The notes under the pieces were generated by a model that was not told the DNA's origin, did not search any database, and was given only the letters and a program-made list of their open reading frames with translations. The translations under genes were made by a program, and so were the position numbers. This document shows, piece by piece, positions 40,587-49,416 of a stretch of 64,000 nt of DNA (within the stretch, counting starts at the first letter, position 1; every line of letters begins with the position of its first letter). Source of the stretch: Dehalococcoidia bacterium (GTDB taxonomy: Bacteria > Chloroflexota > Dehalococcoidia > GIF9 > AB-539-J10); contig JALNYR010000001.1 in assembly GCA_023229725.1 (NCBI GenBank), positions 9,292 through 73,291 of the forward strand, written 5' to 3'.

Positions 40587-41089
40587 GCCAGTCGCGGCAC
40601 CACGACTACTCGCAGGAGCCCCTGCCGCGGCCGGAGCCCGACTCCCCGAACCCGCGTCCGCTCATTCCGACCGGGCCGCCGCACAGCGGCTCCTGTCGCT
40701 ACCCCTTCGAGATCGGCTGGGTTCAACGGAACATGGAGACGTTTCAAAAGTCGGTCCTGCCTGCGGTCGGCTGGACCGAGAGCACCCGGAAGTGGCTTTC
40801 CCTCATCGGCGGCATCGTCCTGTCGGGCCTGCTCGCCCTCGGGCTCGCGCTGGGGTCGACGTGTCGCACGGCCGGGGCCCAGGAAGAGCGGCTCGAGCAG
40901 GTCCGGACCGCGCAGAGCGCCGAGCGAGTCGAGCGCGTGGCCGAGGACAAGCAGATCACGGACGCGCAGACCGCACGGTACGACAAGCTCTTCGACTTGG
41001 TGGTGAAGATCCATTCGGACGTGCAGGTCCTGAAGTCGCGCGCCGACGACGATCGCGTGGCCGGCGACCACGGCGGCCAGCGGCAGTAA
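40583..41089 (+). CDS. single-pass membrane protein with coiled-coil C-domain
   Basis: 168 aa. WLSLIGGIVLSGLLALGLALG. GTGA overlap. Confidence 0.6.
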   Translation: MSQSRHHDYSQEPLPRPEPDSPNPRPLIPTGPPHSGSCRYPFEIGWVQRNMETFQKSVLPAVGWTESTRKWLSLIGGIVLSGLLALGLALGSTCRTAGAQEERLEQVRTAQSAERVERVAEDKQITDAQTARYDKLFDLVVKIHSDVQVLKSRADDDRVAGDHGGQRQ

Positions 41090-41152
41090 GCCGCGGTCTA
41101 CTTCGCCCCCGCGCGACGCTCCTGTTACCTTGAAGGTGTTGGAGGTTCTCCC

Positions 41153-41647
41153 ATGTACGAACCGTGTCCAGGCTGCGTGAATCAGAACAAGGTGGAGACG
41201 TCCGTCGCTGACCCCGCGGCGCAGCGCCTGCTCGAGCAGTACGAAGCCCAGCCCAGCGACATCGTCACCAACTCCGCGGGCGAGATCGTGGGGGAAGCAC
41301 CGCCCGACTCCCCTGACTACACCGTCACGTGGGACATGCCCGACACGAGCCGCGAGCGGATGGGCCTCCTCATCGCGGGCGGGCTCGCGTTCCTCGCCCC
41401 CTTCGTCGGCTTCGCCGTCGCGGCGCACACCGCCCGGAAGCACGCCGGCCTCATCAAGCCCGTCGGCGCCGGCGCGCTCACGTTCTTCGCGCTCCGGGCG
41501 GCCTCGGTGGGCGTGCTCCACTACTCGGGGAACCTGCCGAACGTCTCTGCGGCGACCGCGCTGGGCGCGACCTTGCCACAGGTGCCCCGGCGGAACTACC
41601 AGCTCGGAGCCACGCGCGGCCGCGCGCCCTGCACGACCTGTCACTGA
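41153..41647 (+). CDS. membrane protein (two hydrophobic helices)
   Basis: 164 aa. MGLLIAGGLAFLAPFVGFAVAA and VGAGALTFFALRAASVGVL. Confidence 0.6.
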   Translation: MYEPCPGCVNQNKVETSVADPAAQRLLEQYEAQPSDIVTNSAGEIVGEAPPDSPDYTVTWDMPDTSRERMGLLIAGGLAFLAPFVGFAVAAHTARKHAGLIKPVGAGALTFFALRAASVGVLHYSGNLPNVSAATALGATLPQVPRRNYQLGATRGRAPCTTCH

Positions 41648-41720
41648 CCTCCGGTTGCATTTCACGCTACTCGCTCCACCGCCTTTCCGCCAGCAAATTC
41701 CCACGCTATGAGTAATCCTA

Positions 41721-41750
41721 TTGACAGCCGGGAAACTCCCGTGCTACGGC
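41721..41750 (+). promoter_or_regulatory. promoter for leaderless mRNA (-35 TTGACA, 18 nt, -10 TACGGC, 6 nt, ATG 41757)
   Basis: TTGACA 41721-41726, TACGGC 41745-41750. The ORF-track TTG start at 41721 is the -35 hexamer itself. Confidence 0.5.
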
Positions 41751-41756
41751 TTTCTC

Positions 41757-42239
41757 ATGCAACTGGACTTCGAGCCCGAGACGGGCGAGGTGGTCGTGGC
41801 GGTCATGGTACGGACGACCGAGGGCAAGCTCGAGGTGCGCGAGGTGCCCATATCGGTTCGCGCCGGCATCGCGCCGCTATCGGGTGAGCTGGGGCCCGGG
41901 CCGCGCATGTTCATCCTCGAGTGGGTGCGCGTCCTCCTCTCCGGATACGTCGAGATCCATCGGGGCGAGCTGGAGGAGTCGCTCGCGCCTGAGAGCTGCG
42001 TCGTGCCGCTGAACTGGCCGCGAGACGTCCCGACGGCGGCGCTCGTCTACATCGGGCCCGCCGGCTCGCTCGTCCTCGAGGAGCCGCGCTGCATCGCCTG
42101 CAAGGGCAAGGGCACGAGCCCCTTCGCGCCCCCCGGCTTCACCGGGGGCACCTGCGCCATCTGCGACGGCAGCGGCGAGTACACGGTCGCCGTCAAGCCC
42201 AGCGCCGACGACGCGCCGCTGCCGGAGGAGGGGCGATGA
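41757..42239 (+). CDS. protein with C-terminal DnaJ-type CxxCxGxG zinc finger
   Basis: 160 aa from ATG 41757. CIACKGKG ... CAICDGSG. Confidence 0.6.
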   Translation: MQLDFEPETGEVVVAVMVRTTEGKLEVREVPISVRAGIAPLSGELGPGPRMFILEWVRVLLSGYVEIHRGELEESLAPESCVVPLNWPRDVPTAALVYIGPAGSLVLEEPRCIACKGKGTSPFAPPGFTGGTCAICDGSGEYTVAVKPSADDAPLPEEGR

Positions 42240-42472
42240 AGACGCGACCGATCTTTATCCTGTGGGCGAGCGGGCCGCACGTGTGTGTCAGCGGCGAGGG
42301 TAACGCGATCTGCAAGGAGGCGCTGGGAAGCCGCGAGGCCGCGGAGCAGCACATCCCGACGTTTCGCGCGCGGTTCGGTCGGAAGCCAGGAGACCCGCCT
42401 GGGATATTCGAGTTCACGGTCGAGAAGATCAAGGTGCTAGAGCTGACGCTCGTGGAGCCTGACGATGCGTGA
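42236..42472 (+). CDS. small hypothetical protein
   Basis: 78 aa. ATGA overlap. Confidence 0.55.
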   Translation: MKTRPIFILWASGPHVCVSGEGNAICKEALGSREAAEQHIPTFRARFGRKPGDPPGIFEFTVEKIKVLELTLVEPDDA

Positions 42473-42569
42473 CTTCGTGCTCGACACGATCTGCCCAGTC
42501 GTCGGGATGGGCTTCGCGGTCCTCGTGTGGGCCTGGGCTATCGGGCTCGCTGCAGGCGTGACGTGGTGA
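42465..42569 (+). CDS. 34-aa single-pass membrane peptide
   Basis: Not in ORF track (too short): MRDFVLDTICPVVGMGFAVLVWAWAIGLAAGVTW. The ATG overlaps the upstream gene end and the stop overlaps the GTG of the next gene (GTGA). Confidence 0.4.
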   Translation: MRDFVLDTICPVVGMGFAVLVWAWAIGLAAGVTW

Positions 42570-42769
42570 AGTCGAAGGGCTTCAAGTGCGGCGCATGCGG
42601 CGCCTCGACGCACGAGCCGCGGACCTGCAACGTCTGCGGTGAGCTCGTGTGCCCCGACTGCGCGCACCACTGGGTCGAGGGCCACGCGGTCGTGTGCCCC
42701 GACTGCGCGAACACGCTGCGAGCTGCCGTTGGCAAGGACACGAGCGGCGGGCTGGAGGAACCAACATGA
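42566..42769 (+). CDS. zinc-ribbon protein
   Basis: 67 aa from GTG 42566 (ORF track starts at 42527). CGAC...CNVC...CPDC...CPDC. Confidence 0.55.
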   Translation: MKSKGFKCGACGASTHEPRTCNVCGELVCPDCAHHWVEGHAVVCPDCANTLRAAVGKDTSGGLEEPT

Positions 42770-43173
42770 GCGACAAGAACCATGGGGCGGCGCTGCTGGA
42801 GGAGCTTCCCCATTTGCACTGCGCAACCATGATCGGGCCGGGAAAGGAGGGACACTACCAGGAGGCTCTTCGTCACGCCGAGGCGCTCATCGCCGAGCGC
42901 GACGCCGCAGTCGCCCGCGCCGATCAGGCGGAGGCCGACCTTCGCGCGCTGCGCGCCGTGGAGTGCGACGTCATCCTCGACCTCGCGGCGTGGAAGGAGC
43001 GGGCTGAGAGGGCGAGGGGCGAGATCTCGTACTACTGCAAGTACGAGTGCAGGCCTCACGCTGGACAGTGCAAGACGTGCAGAGTACCGACCGCCCTCGC
43101 TGACGAGCCGTCCGACGACCCGCAGGGTATCCCCTCGGGAGCCCCGACGGGCGGGAGCGGTACAGGCGTATAA
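42766..43173 (+). CDS. coiled-coil protein with C-terminal Cys cluster
   Basis: ATG 42766 (ATGA overlap; ORF track starts at 42649). YYCKYECRPHAGQCKTC. Confidence 0.55.
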   Translation: MSDKNHGAALLEELPHLHCATMIGPGKEGHYQEALRHAEALIAERDAAVARADQAEADLRALRAVECDVILDLAAWKERAERARGEISYYCKYECRPHAGQCKTCRVPTALADEPSDDPQGIPSGAPTGGSGTGV

Positions 43174-43188
43174 CCCATGGGTTATACG
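43167..43188. promoter_or_regulatory. 22-bp perfect palindrome cgtataaccca/tgggttatacg (operator-like)
   Basis: Overlaps the TAA stop at 43171-43173. Followed by hairpin gggaaac-cgagccc-gtttccc (43188-43208). Half-site GGTTATACG recurs at 23782-23790 and, as GTTATACG, at 63965-63972. Confidence 0.45.
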
Positions 43189-43258
43189 GGAAACCGAGCC
43201 CGTTTCCCGTGAGCCCACGGGGGTACCGATAGGGGCGCCCAGCCGGCGCCCAGAAGGG

Positions 43259-43540
43259 ATGAAGGGAAGGGACATGTCGAAGATTTTGACGTTGACGCAC
43301 GCAGAGCTTCTCGCGCTATGGGAGGTTCTGGACTTCGCGGGAGAGCAGTTCTCCATCGCGGGCTGCGAAGACACGCAGCTTCCGATGGTACCTGGGATGG
43401 AAGAATTCCTGACAGCGGTGGCTGCCAACGACTCTTGGGGAAAACTTCCGAGTTTTCACGTCGCGCATCGTACCGTGCAGGGCAGCACCGTCGTTTGGTA
43501 CTTGCGAAATCGTATCGCGAAAGCACTTGAGGAAAAGTGA
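43259..43540 (+). CDS. small hypothetical protein
   Basis: 93 aa. The second ATG at 43274 is an equally plausible start. Confidence 0.55.
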   Translation: MKGRDMSKILTLTHAELLALWEVLDFAGEQFSIAGCEDTQLPMVPGMEEFLTAVAANDSWGKLPSFHVAHRTVQGSTVVWYLRNRIAKALEEK

Positions 43541-43546
43541 GGGGAC

Positions 43547-45187
43547 ATGACAGGCAAGAAGAAGATCACGACCACGACCAGCAGCACGGCGCAGGCCTCG
43601 GGGCACGTCTTCGACGAGCTCAGTGCCGCGGTGCAGCAGCGCTTCCGCGGGGCCCGCGCCCTGCCGCTCTTCACGACCGACGCGAGTGGGCTCTTCGACG
43701 CGTTCATCGCAGGCCTCCCCCTTGGGCATCGGCAGCACCACGCCTGCAACAACTGCCGCCACTTCGTCGAGCGGTACGGTGGCCTCGTCACGATCGACGC
43801 CGCCGGCAAGCCGCGGTCCGCGCTGTGGGACTCGGAGAACGCCCCTGAGTTCTACAAGGCCGCGGTCGCCGCCATGGAGAAGCGCGTCGCTCGCGCGGCC
43901 GTGACCGGCATCTTCTATAGCGAAGAGCCCACGTGGGGCGTGCCGCAGAACGTGAGCAGCAAGACGGGCATCACCTGGACGCACTTTCACGCTCTCTCGG
44001 TCCAGGTCTTCAAGAAGACCGTGCTCAAGAACGCCGCGCAGGCCATGGCCGAGCGCCGCGAGGAGTGCGGCATGCTCAAGCGCGGGCTCGCCGAGTTCTC
44101 GAAGGACACGGCGCTGCAGGCGCTGACGCTGCTCAAGAGCGGCAACCTGCCGCGGTCCGAGAAGGCCCTCGGAGTCGCCGAGTGGTTCTTCGGGCTGCAC
44201 GAGCGCACGAAGGGCGTGCGCGGCAAGGCTCGCGACAACATCGTCTGGGCTGCAGTCGCGACGGCGCCCGTGGGCTTCGCGCACGTGAGAGCGTCCATGA
44301 TCGGGACGCTGCTCGAGGACGTGCAGACTGGCCTGCCGTTCGAGGACATCAAAGCGAAGTGGTCCGAGAAGATGGACCCGCTCCAGTACATGAGGCCGCA
44401 GTCCGACCCGAGCGCGGGCAATATCGCCCAGGCCGAGAAGGTCGTCGAGGCGCTCCGGAGCGCGGGCGCGCTCGAGCGCCGCTTCGCTCGGCTCGACGAG
44501 GTGCAGGCGCTCTGGCGTCCACAGGCCCCGCCCGTCGATGCCACGCGAGCTGGCGGCGTGTTCGCGAACGTGAAGCCGAAGGGCAGCGAGCGCTCGGCGG
44601 GAGGAGTCGCGCAGCCCGACGTGGTCATGACCTGGGAGAAGTTCAGCCGAGAGGTGCTGCCGCACGCTCGCGAGATGTTCGCCGACGTGCCCCGAGTCGG
44701 CAAGTTCATGGCGCTCCTGACCGCGGTGAACCCAGACGCGCCGCCCATCATCCAGTGGGACTGGGAGGCTCACCGCAACCCCGTTAACTGGTACGTTTAC
44801 CCAGGCGGCTCGCCCGCGGCGAACTGGGGACTCGTCGGAGGAGGCTGCGTCAAGGTCACCGCGGTCTGCCTGCTCCCGTGCATGTGGAACCCCGACGTCT
44901 ATCACGTCGGCCAGGGCAAGGGCGCGGTCCTCTTGCTCGAGGGCTGCAGGGAGTCCACCTTCACAGGCGGCATCGCGCTCTTCCCCGAGGTGCTGAAGTC
45001 TGCGTACCACGCGGTGCGCAAGACGATCGAGGCTTTCTCGCGAGGCGCGCAGCTCCAGGGCCGCGAGGAGATGTCGGCATGCGGCCTCGATCTCCGCGCT
45101 GGTGAGCCGCACCCGTGGAACCAGCGTGTGCATGTCATCGACGAGCATGGGACGCGCACAGCGTACAGCCTCGACAGGTGGGACTGA
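43547..45187 (+). CDS. large hypothetical protein with HHACNNCRHF Cys/His motif
   Basis: 546 aa. No family recognised by eye. Confidence 0.7.
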   Translation: MTGKKKITTTTSSTAQASGHVFDELSAAVQQRFRGARALPLFTTDASGLFDAFIAGLPLGHRQHHACNNCRHFVERYGGLVTIDAAGKPRSALWDSENAPEFYKAAVAAMEKRVARAAVTGIFYSEEPTWGVPQNVSSKTGITWTHFHALSVQVFKKTVLKNAAQAMAERREECGMLKRGLAEFSKDTALQALTLLKSGNLPRSEKALGVAEWFFGLHERTKGVRGKARDNIVWAAVATAPVGFAHVRASMIGTLLEDVQTGLPFEDIKAKWSEKMDPLQYMRPQSDPSAGNIAQAEKVVEALRSAGALERRFARLDEVQALWRPQAPPVDATRAGGVFANVKPKGSERSAGGVAQPDVVMTWEKFSREVLPHAREMFADVPRVGKFMALLTAVNPDAPPIIQWDWEAHRNPVNWYVYPGGSPAANWGLVGGGCVKVTAVCLLPCMWNPDVYHVGQGKGAVLLLEGCRESTFTGGIALFPEVLKSAYHAVRKTIEAFSRGAQLQGREEMSACGLDLRAGEPHPWNQRVHVIDEHGTRTAYSLDRWD

Positions 45188-45837
45188 TGGACAAGATGAT
45201 CGAAGCCCTCGGCAGCGCCGAGGTTGTGGCGTCGCTCCTGACCGCGGCCTTGACCTACCAGGAGACGGTGCGCGAGATCCTCGCTCGCGTCGTGGAACAG
45301 GAACAGGAGCAGCTCTTGTTGTCCTCTCCGTACAAGATCCTGACCCAGCCGACGCCGACGCCGCTGCCGACGCCGACGCCAGAGCAAGAGAAGGCTCGCA
45401 CCGAGACGGCCGCGCGCGAGCTCGAGGAAATGAAGGTGCGCGTCCTCGAGTGCCTGCGGGTGCCGGGCAACAAGTACTTCGACGCTGAAGCTCTGGCACA
45501 GGCCGCGACGCATGGGTTCTTCCCGATCGCCGTGGCGAGCGACGCAGTCGCTGCTCTCTTGTGCGAGAAGAAGATCGATCTGTGGCGCGTTGCTGGCTTC
45601 GCGGAAGTCACGCCGGCCACGCCGCCAGTTTCCCCGATAGATCTGCGGAAGCAAGCCATCTGCAATCTTCTTCACCGTTGCGCCATGCGTGCGAACCGGC
45701 TTTATCACATATCGGGTGTCAGCGTGTTATGCGCTGACTTCCACGACGTGGACGAAGCGCTCGACGCGCTCGTCGCAGACGGCACGGTCGTGAAGAACCA
45801 GGGCGGCTGGTACCGGCTCGCGAAGAAGAAGGCCTGA
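45187..45837 (+). CDS. hypothetical protein with C-terminal winged-helix-like motif
   Basis: ATG 45187 (TGATG overlap; ORF track starts at 45115). TPTPLPTPTP linker. Ends EALDALVADGTVVKNQGGWYRLAKKKA. Confidence 0.55.
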   Translation: MDKMIEALGSAEVVASLLTAALTYQETVREILARVVEQEQEQLLLSSPYKILTQPTPTPLPTPTPEQEKARTETAARELEEMKVRVLECLRVPGNKYFDAEALAQAATHGFFPIAVASDAVAALLCEKKIDLWRVAGFAEVTPATPPVSPIDLRKQAICNLLHRCAMRANRLYHISGVSVLCADFHDVDEALDALVADGTVVKNQGGWYRLAKKKA

Positions 45838-45838
45838 C

Positions 45839-46270
45839 GTGGAGACGAAGGAGTTGATCGAGAAGCTGCGCTCCATCATCGGGGATATAGCCATTAGCAC
45901 CGAGCGTTGGCGAATCGTGAGCGTGGCGGCCGACACGCTCGAGAAGCTCCAAGCCCACGTCGCCAAGGTCGAGGCGTGCGCGAACGAGCAGACCGCCCTG
46001 ATCGCGTACTGGTCGAACGCAACAGTCACCGCGACGATGCGCGCCGAGAAGGCCCAGACTCGCGTCATCGAGCTCGAGGCAGCCTTCGAGCGCGAAGTCG
46101 ACCAGCGCAAGAAGGCCGAGGACGCTGTCGAGCTGCTCGAGAAGAAGCTCGCGCAGGGCGGCACCATCGTACCGGGCGGCGTCACCGTCGTCTGGGAGCC
46201 CGACAGCAACCGCGTCGTCGTGACCTACAACAACGTGCCCCGCTTGGACGTCGTCACTAGGAGGAGCTGA
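45839..46270 (+). CDS. coiled-coil protein
   Basis: 143 aa. GTG start 2 nt after the preceding stop. Confidence 0.55.
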   Translation: METKELIEKLRSIIGDIAISTERWRIVSVAADTLEKLQAHVAKVEACANEQTALIAYWSNATVTATMRAEKAQTRVIELEAAFEREVDQRKKAEDAVELLEKKLAQGGTIVPGGVTVVWEPDSNRVVVTYNNVPRLDVVTRRS

Positions 46271-46488
46271 TGACGCCGGCCGACCTCATCTCGCGGTTGA
46301 AGAGTAGGGCATACACGCTCGAGCAGGAAAAGCCCGACACCGCGCTCGTGATGGAGGCGATGGCGCACATTCTCGCGCAGGACGCGACGGTGAACCGGCT
46401 AGCCGCAGCGTTCATGGAGCGGTCGATCGAGCGTGCGCTCGGGCACAAGAAGATGACCGCGAAGCCGGCGCGGCCCGTGAAAGGTTGA
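46270..46488 (+). CDS. small hypothetical protein
   Basis: 72 aa. TGATG overlap. Confidence 0.5.
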   Translation: MTPADLISRLKSRAYTLEQEKPDTALVMEAMAHILAQDATVNRLAAAFMERSIERALGHKKMTAKPARPVKG

Positions 46489-46495
46489 GGGGAAC

Positions 46496-47014
46496 ATGGA
46501 ACGAACCGAATTGGTCGGATGGCTCCGCTGGCACGCAGAGGAGCACACAGGATACGTCGTCGGCACCGAGACGGCAGACGCCTACCGCGCCGCCGCCGAC
46601 ATGCTCGAAGTCGACAAGCACATCGACGCGCTTCGCACCGCCGCCGCCAAGCGCATCAAAGATCTCGAAGCCCGCCTCCTGGAGCTCGAGCAGGCGTTTG
46701 CCGAGGAGAGTGCGACAGCGGCGTCAGCGCTCGCGCAAGCGACCGAGCTCCGCGCGCTGCTCCACTTCGAGGTAGAGCGGTTTCAACAGCTCTACATGGA
46801 GGCGATCGACCGGGAGAAGTCGACATCCGATCGGCTCGGCGAGTCCGCAGGACGGCGCATCAAGGCCGAGGCCCGCGTTCGCGAGCTCGAAGCCCGCCTC
46901 GACCGGATGGCGCAGGACCAGCGCGCGGTCCGCGTCACCCGAGAGCCTGGGCGCGTCCGTGTCGCCGTGGCGCTCGGGCCCGTCGAGGTCACCATCGAAA
47001 GGAAAAGCCGATGA
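46496..47014 (+). CDS. coiled-coil protein
   Basis: 172 aa. RBS gagggga. Confidence 0.55.
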   Translation: MERTELVGWLRWHAEEHTGYVVGTETADAYRAAADMLEVDKHIDALRTAAAKRIKDLEARLLELEQAFAEESATAASALAQATELRALLHFEVERFQQLYMEAIDREKSTSDRLGESAGRRIKAEARVRELEARLDRMAQDQRAVRVTREPGRVRVAVALGPVEVTIERKSR

Positions 47015-47994
47015 ACACGGACATCCAAGCCATTCAGGAAGCGATTATCGCGGAGTTCAAGACACAGGACAAAAGTCCCCGCCGACGAGACGATGTTATC
47101 GCGAGCGTAATGAATTCCGGCAAATTCTTTGTGAGCGAAGTACGCGATACGTTCAACGCGCTCACCAGCGCACAGCATATCCTCCGTCGGCAGAGCTGGT
47201 ACGTGTTGGCCGAGCGCCCCGCGGCCCCGCCTCCGCCGCTGATGTCGAAGCACGAGATCGAACAGCTCGTGCTCGCGACGCTGCCGAAGAACGCGAACAG
47301 CGAGGAGCACCCTGCAAGCTCGTTCCACCACGACGGCCCGCGGGACCGGCCCGACTGGACCGTCGAGAACGTCGAGGCCGCGCTGCGTCGGCTCTCGGAA
47401 CGGCCCGCCGGCTACGCGCCGGTCAGGCGGTGCTCCGACCCGGCGTGCGGCTGGTACACGGTGCTTCCCACACTGCCGCTCGAGCCGATCGACTCTCCCA
47501 CGCAAGCGATGCCGGGGGTACTCCTGCAGAACCAGCTCCTCGACCTCGCACAGAAGGGCCGGGAGTCCTTGGCGCTCTCTGAGAAGGCCTGCGAAGTTCT
47601 CGAAGCGGCGTGCTCGACGATCGCAGCGCTCATGAACGTCGAGGTGCGACTCAAGGCGCCGACGGCCGCCGAGCCCAAGCCCGTTCGCGATATGACGACC
47701 GAGGAGTCGGAGGCCGAGTTCAAGAAGAAGTACGACGCCTGGGCCGACGCGTACCAGGTCGTCGGGACCGAGGCTCACACGCTCGGCAACGCGACCAGCG
47801 AGGCGCTCTGCCGCGAGGTCGTGTGGCGGCTCGCGACCGGCAAGTTGCCCGACGCGCTCGAGGCCGCGCTCGTGAACGTGCTGCAGGCGCGCCTCGCGCA
47901 GCCCGTACCGATGTTCGTCACCAAGCACCAACAGAAGATGGCTGGCACGATGGAGGCGCTGCGGCGCGCTGGCGCGTTCAAGAAGGAGACGTGA
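47011..47994 (+). CDS. hypothetical protein
   Basis: 327 aa from ATG 47011 (ATGA overlap) within ORF-track ORF 46519..47994. Confidence 0.6.
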   Translation: MNTDIQAIQEAIIAEFKTQDKSPRRRDDVIASVMNSGKFFVSEVRDTFNALTSAQHILRRQSWYVLAERPAAPPPPLMSKHEIEQLVLATLPKNANSEEHPASSFHHDGPRDRPDWTVENVEAALRRLSERPAGYAPVRRCSDPACGWYTVLPTLPLEPIDSPTQAMPGVLLQNQLLDLAQKGRESLALSEKACEVLEAACSTIAALMNVEVRLKAPTAAEPKPVRDMTTEESEAEFKKKYDAWADAYQVVGTEAHTLGNATSEALCREVVWRLATGKLPDALEAALVNVLQARLAQPVPMFVTKHQQKMAGTMEALRRAGAFKKET

Positions 47995-47995
47995 G

Positions 47996-48163
47996 ATGCC
48001 CGAGCTGGAAATCAAAGTAGACATCACGATCAAGTGCGAGAGGTGCGACGCGGAACTGTCGACGGAGTTCGACAGTCGGCGAGCGCTTCTCAAAGTTGAG
48101 CCCTGCGAGACGTGCCTCAAGGAGGAGTACGAAGAAGGCCTTGCCGACGGCGGGGAGGACTGA
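47996..48163 (+). CDS. 55-aa zinc-ribbon protein
   Basis: Not in ORF track: MPELEIKVDITIKCERCDAELSTEFDSRRALLKVEPCETCLKEEYEEGLADGGED. Confidence 0.45.
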   Translation: MPELEIKVDITIKCERCDAELSTEFDSRRALLKVEPCETCLKEEYEEGLADGGED

Positions 48164-48164
48164 A

Positions 48165-48614
48165 ATGTTTTGCAAGCTGTTGCAGAAGCTGGTCGCTGAG
48201 TACGGCGGGCAGATGAGTTACATGGGCGGCGACGTTGACCGAGATCTCGTGGATGCTTTGGTGTACAAGTTCGCGGACCAGCGAGATGTTGAATCGAACC
48301 GGCATACGAAGCACGCGCTCGGCTACATCCGGGTGCTCTACGACCTCGGCGTGCTCGTCGCGCTCGAGTCGCCGGCCGACGGCGAGGTCAAGGTCGACGT
48401 CGCGCTGGCGCAGAAGATCCTCCGCATCGTGAACAGGCATCGCGTCGAGCATCTCCGCGTCTGCAAGCGCTGCAAAAAGGATGTCGGCCCTGACGTCGTG
48501 AAGCTCGTGGAGCCCGTGTGGCGCACATGCGCCGGAGGGAATCCCTATCGAAACGTCTATGCCTTCTGCCCCGACTGCGCCGCCGCGGCCGGGCCCGAGT
48601 GGGTGAAACGATGA
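48165..48614 (+). CDS. hypothetical protein with C-terminal zinc ribbon
   Basis: 149 aa from ATG 48165. CKRC ... CPDC. Confidence 0.55.
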   Translation: MFCKLLQKLVAEYGGQMSYMGGDVDRDLVDALVYKFADQRDVESNRHTKHALGYIRVLYDLGVLVALESPADGEVKVDVALAQKILRIVNRHRVEHLRVCKRCKKDVGPDVVKLVEPVWRTCAGGNPYRNVYAFCPDCAAAAGPEWVKR

Positions 48615-48826
48615 CGCCCGAAGTGACCATCACGTTGACTCGCGCGGACCTCGAGATCATGGAGTCATACTCACCGGTCTACTACACGCCTCGACTCGGC
48701 GATGCCGTCATCGGCGTGCGGATCAAGCTCTCGCCGGCCGCGCGCCGGCTCGTTCGCGAGGGGTCCGCGCCCCGTGCAGAGCGCCGCGCCCGGCGCGGTC
48801 GCAAGGTAAAGGAGCAGAAGCCATGA
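48611..48826 (+). CDS. small hypothetical protein with basic tail
   Basis: 71 aa from ATG 48611 (ATGA overlap). Confidence 0.5.
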   Translation: MTPEVTITLTRADLEIMESYSPVYYTPRLGDAVIGVRIKLSPAARRLVREGSAPRAERRARRGRKVKEQKP

Positions 48827-49416
48827 TGAAGTTCACGCATTGGGCCAATGACCCAGGCTGTCCCAGTATTGGGCTGGAGAGCAGCGACGGTGAGGTCAAG
48901 GTGGCGCTCTTTGATCTCGTCCCCGTCAGCGACTGTATCGGCGGCGGATACCAGGTCACGTGGCGAGGCACTATCGGAAGTGTGGGCGCGGGGGCAGTCG
49001 GTGCAGATCGCCGAGCCCACGGGGCGTCGCTTCTCCACGCCTATGGGGCGTCGCTCCTCCACGCCCTTGAGCTGGGCGTCGCCGCCGCGGCGCGGTGGAT
49101 CGCTGTCGAGCTGCTCAGGGACTCAACCCCACCGGGCGAGGGCGAGAGGACCGAGAACGTCTCCCTCTATACAGTGTTTCCTACTGCGACCCCGTTCAGT
49201 GCGACGTTGTGGCTCACAGGACTCGGACACGCTGGAACAATCGGACAGGTCAGCATGGACGAACCGCTCGCGGGTGTGAACGTGTTTCGCGCAAGCTGGC
49301 TCGCAGACAACGACGGACCCGTCGACTGCGCCTCGTCTGAGCAGGCCCTCGCCGCGCTCATCGAGCACGCCGCGCCGTGGATCGCGACGGCACTCGCGAA
49401 GGAGATAGAGTCATGA
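48823..49416 (+). CDS. hypothetical protein
   Basis: 197 aa. ATGA overlaps at both ends. Confidence 0.6.
   Translation: MMKFTHWANDPGCPSIGLESSDGEVKVALFDLVPVSDCIGGGYQVTWRGTIGSVGAGAVGADRRAHGASLLHAYGASLLHALELGVAAAARWIAVELLRDSTPPGEGERTENVSLYTVFPTATPFSATLWLTGLGHAGTIGQVSMDEPLAGVNVFRASWLADNDGPVDCASSEQALAALIEHAAPWIATALAKEIES

Noticed and set aside
41655-41660. Additional TTGCAT hexamers (41655-41660 and 23792-23797) as -35 elements
   Set aside because: No acceptable -10 hexamer lies at a 16-19 nt spacing downstream of either.
43316-45499. 727-aa minus-strand ORF, plus 49167..51140 (-) and 50548..51825 (-)
   Set aside because: Antisense to the genes with integrase and Dam motifs and to the coupled plus-strand operon. 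Junk-like composition.
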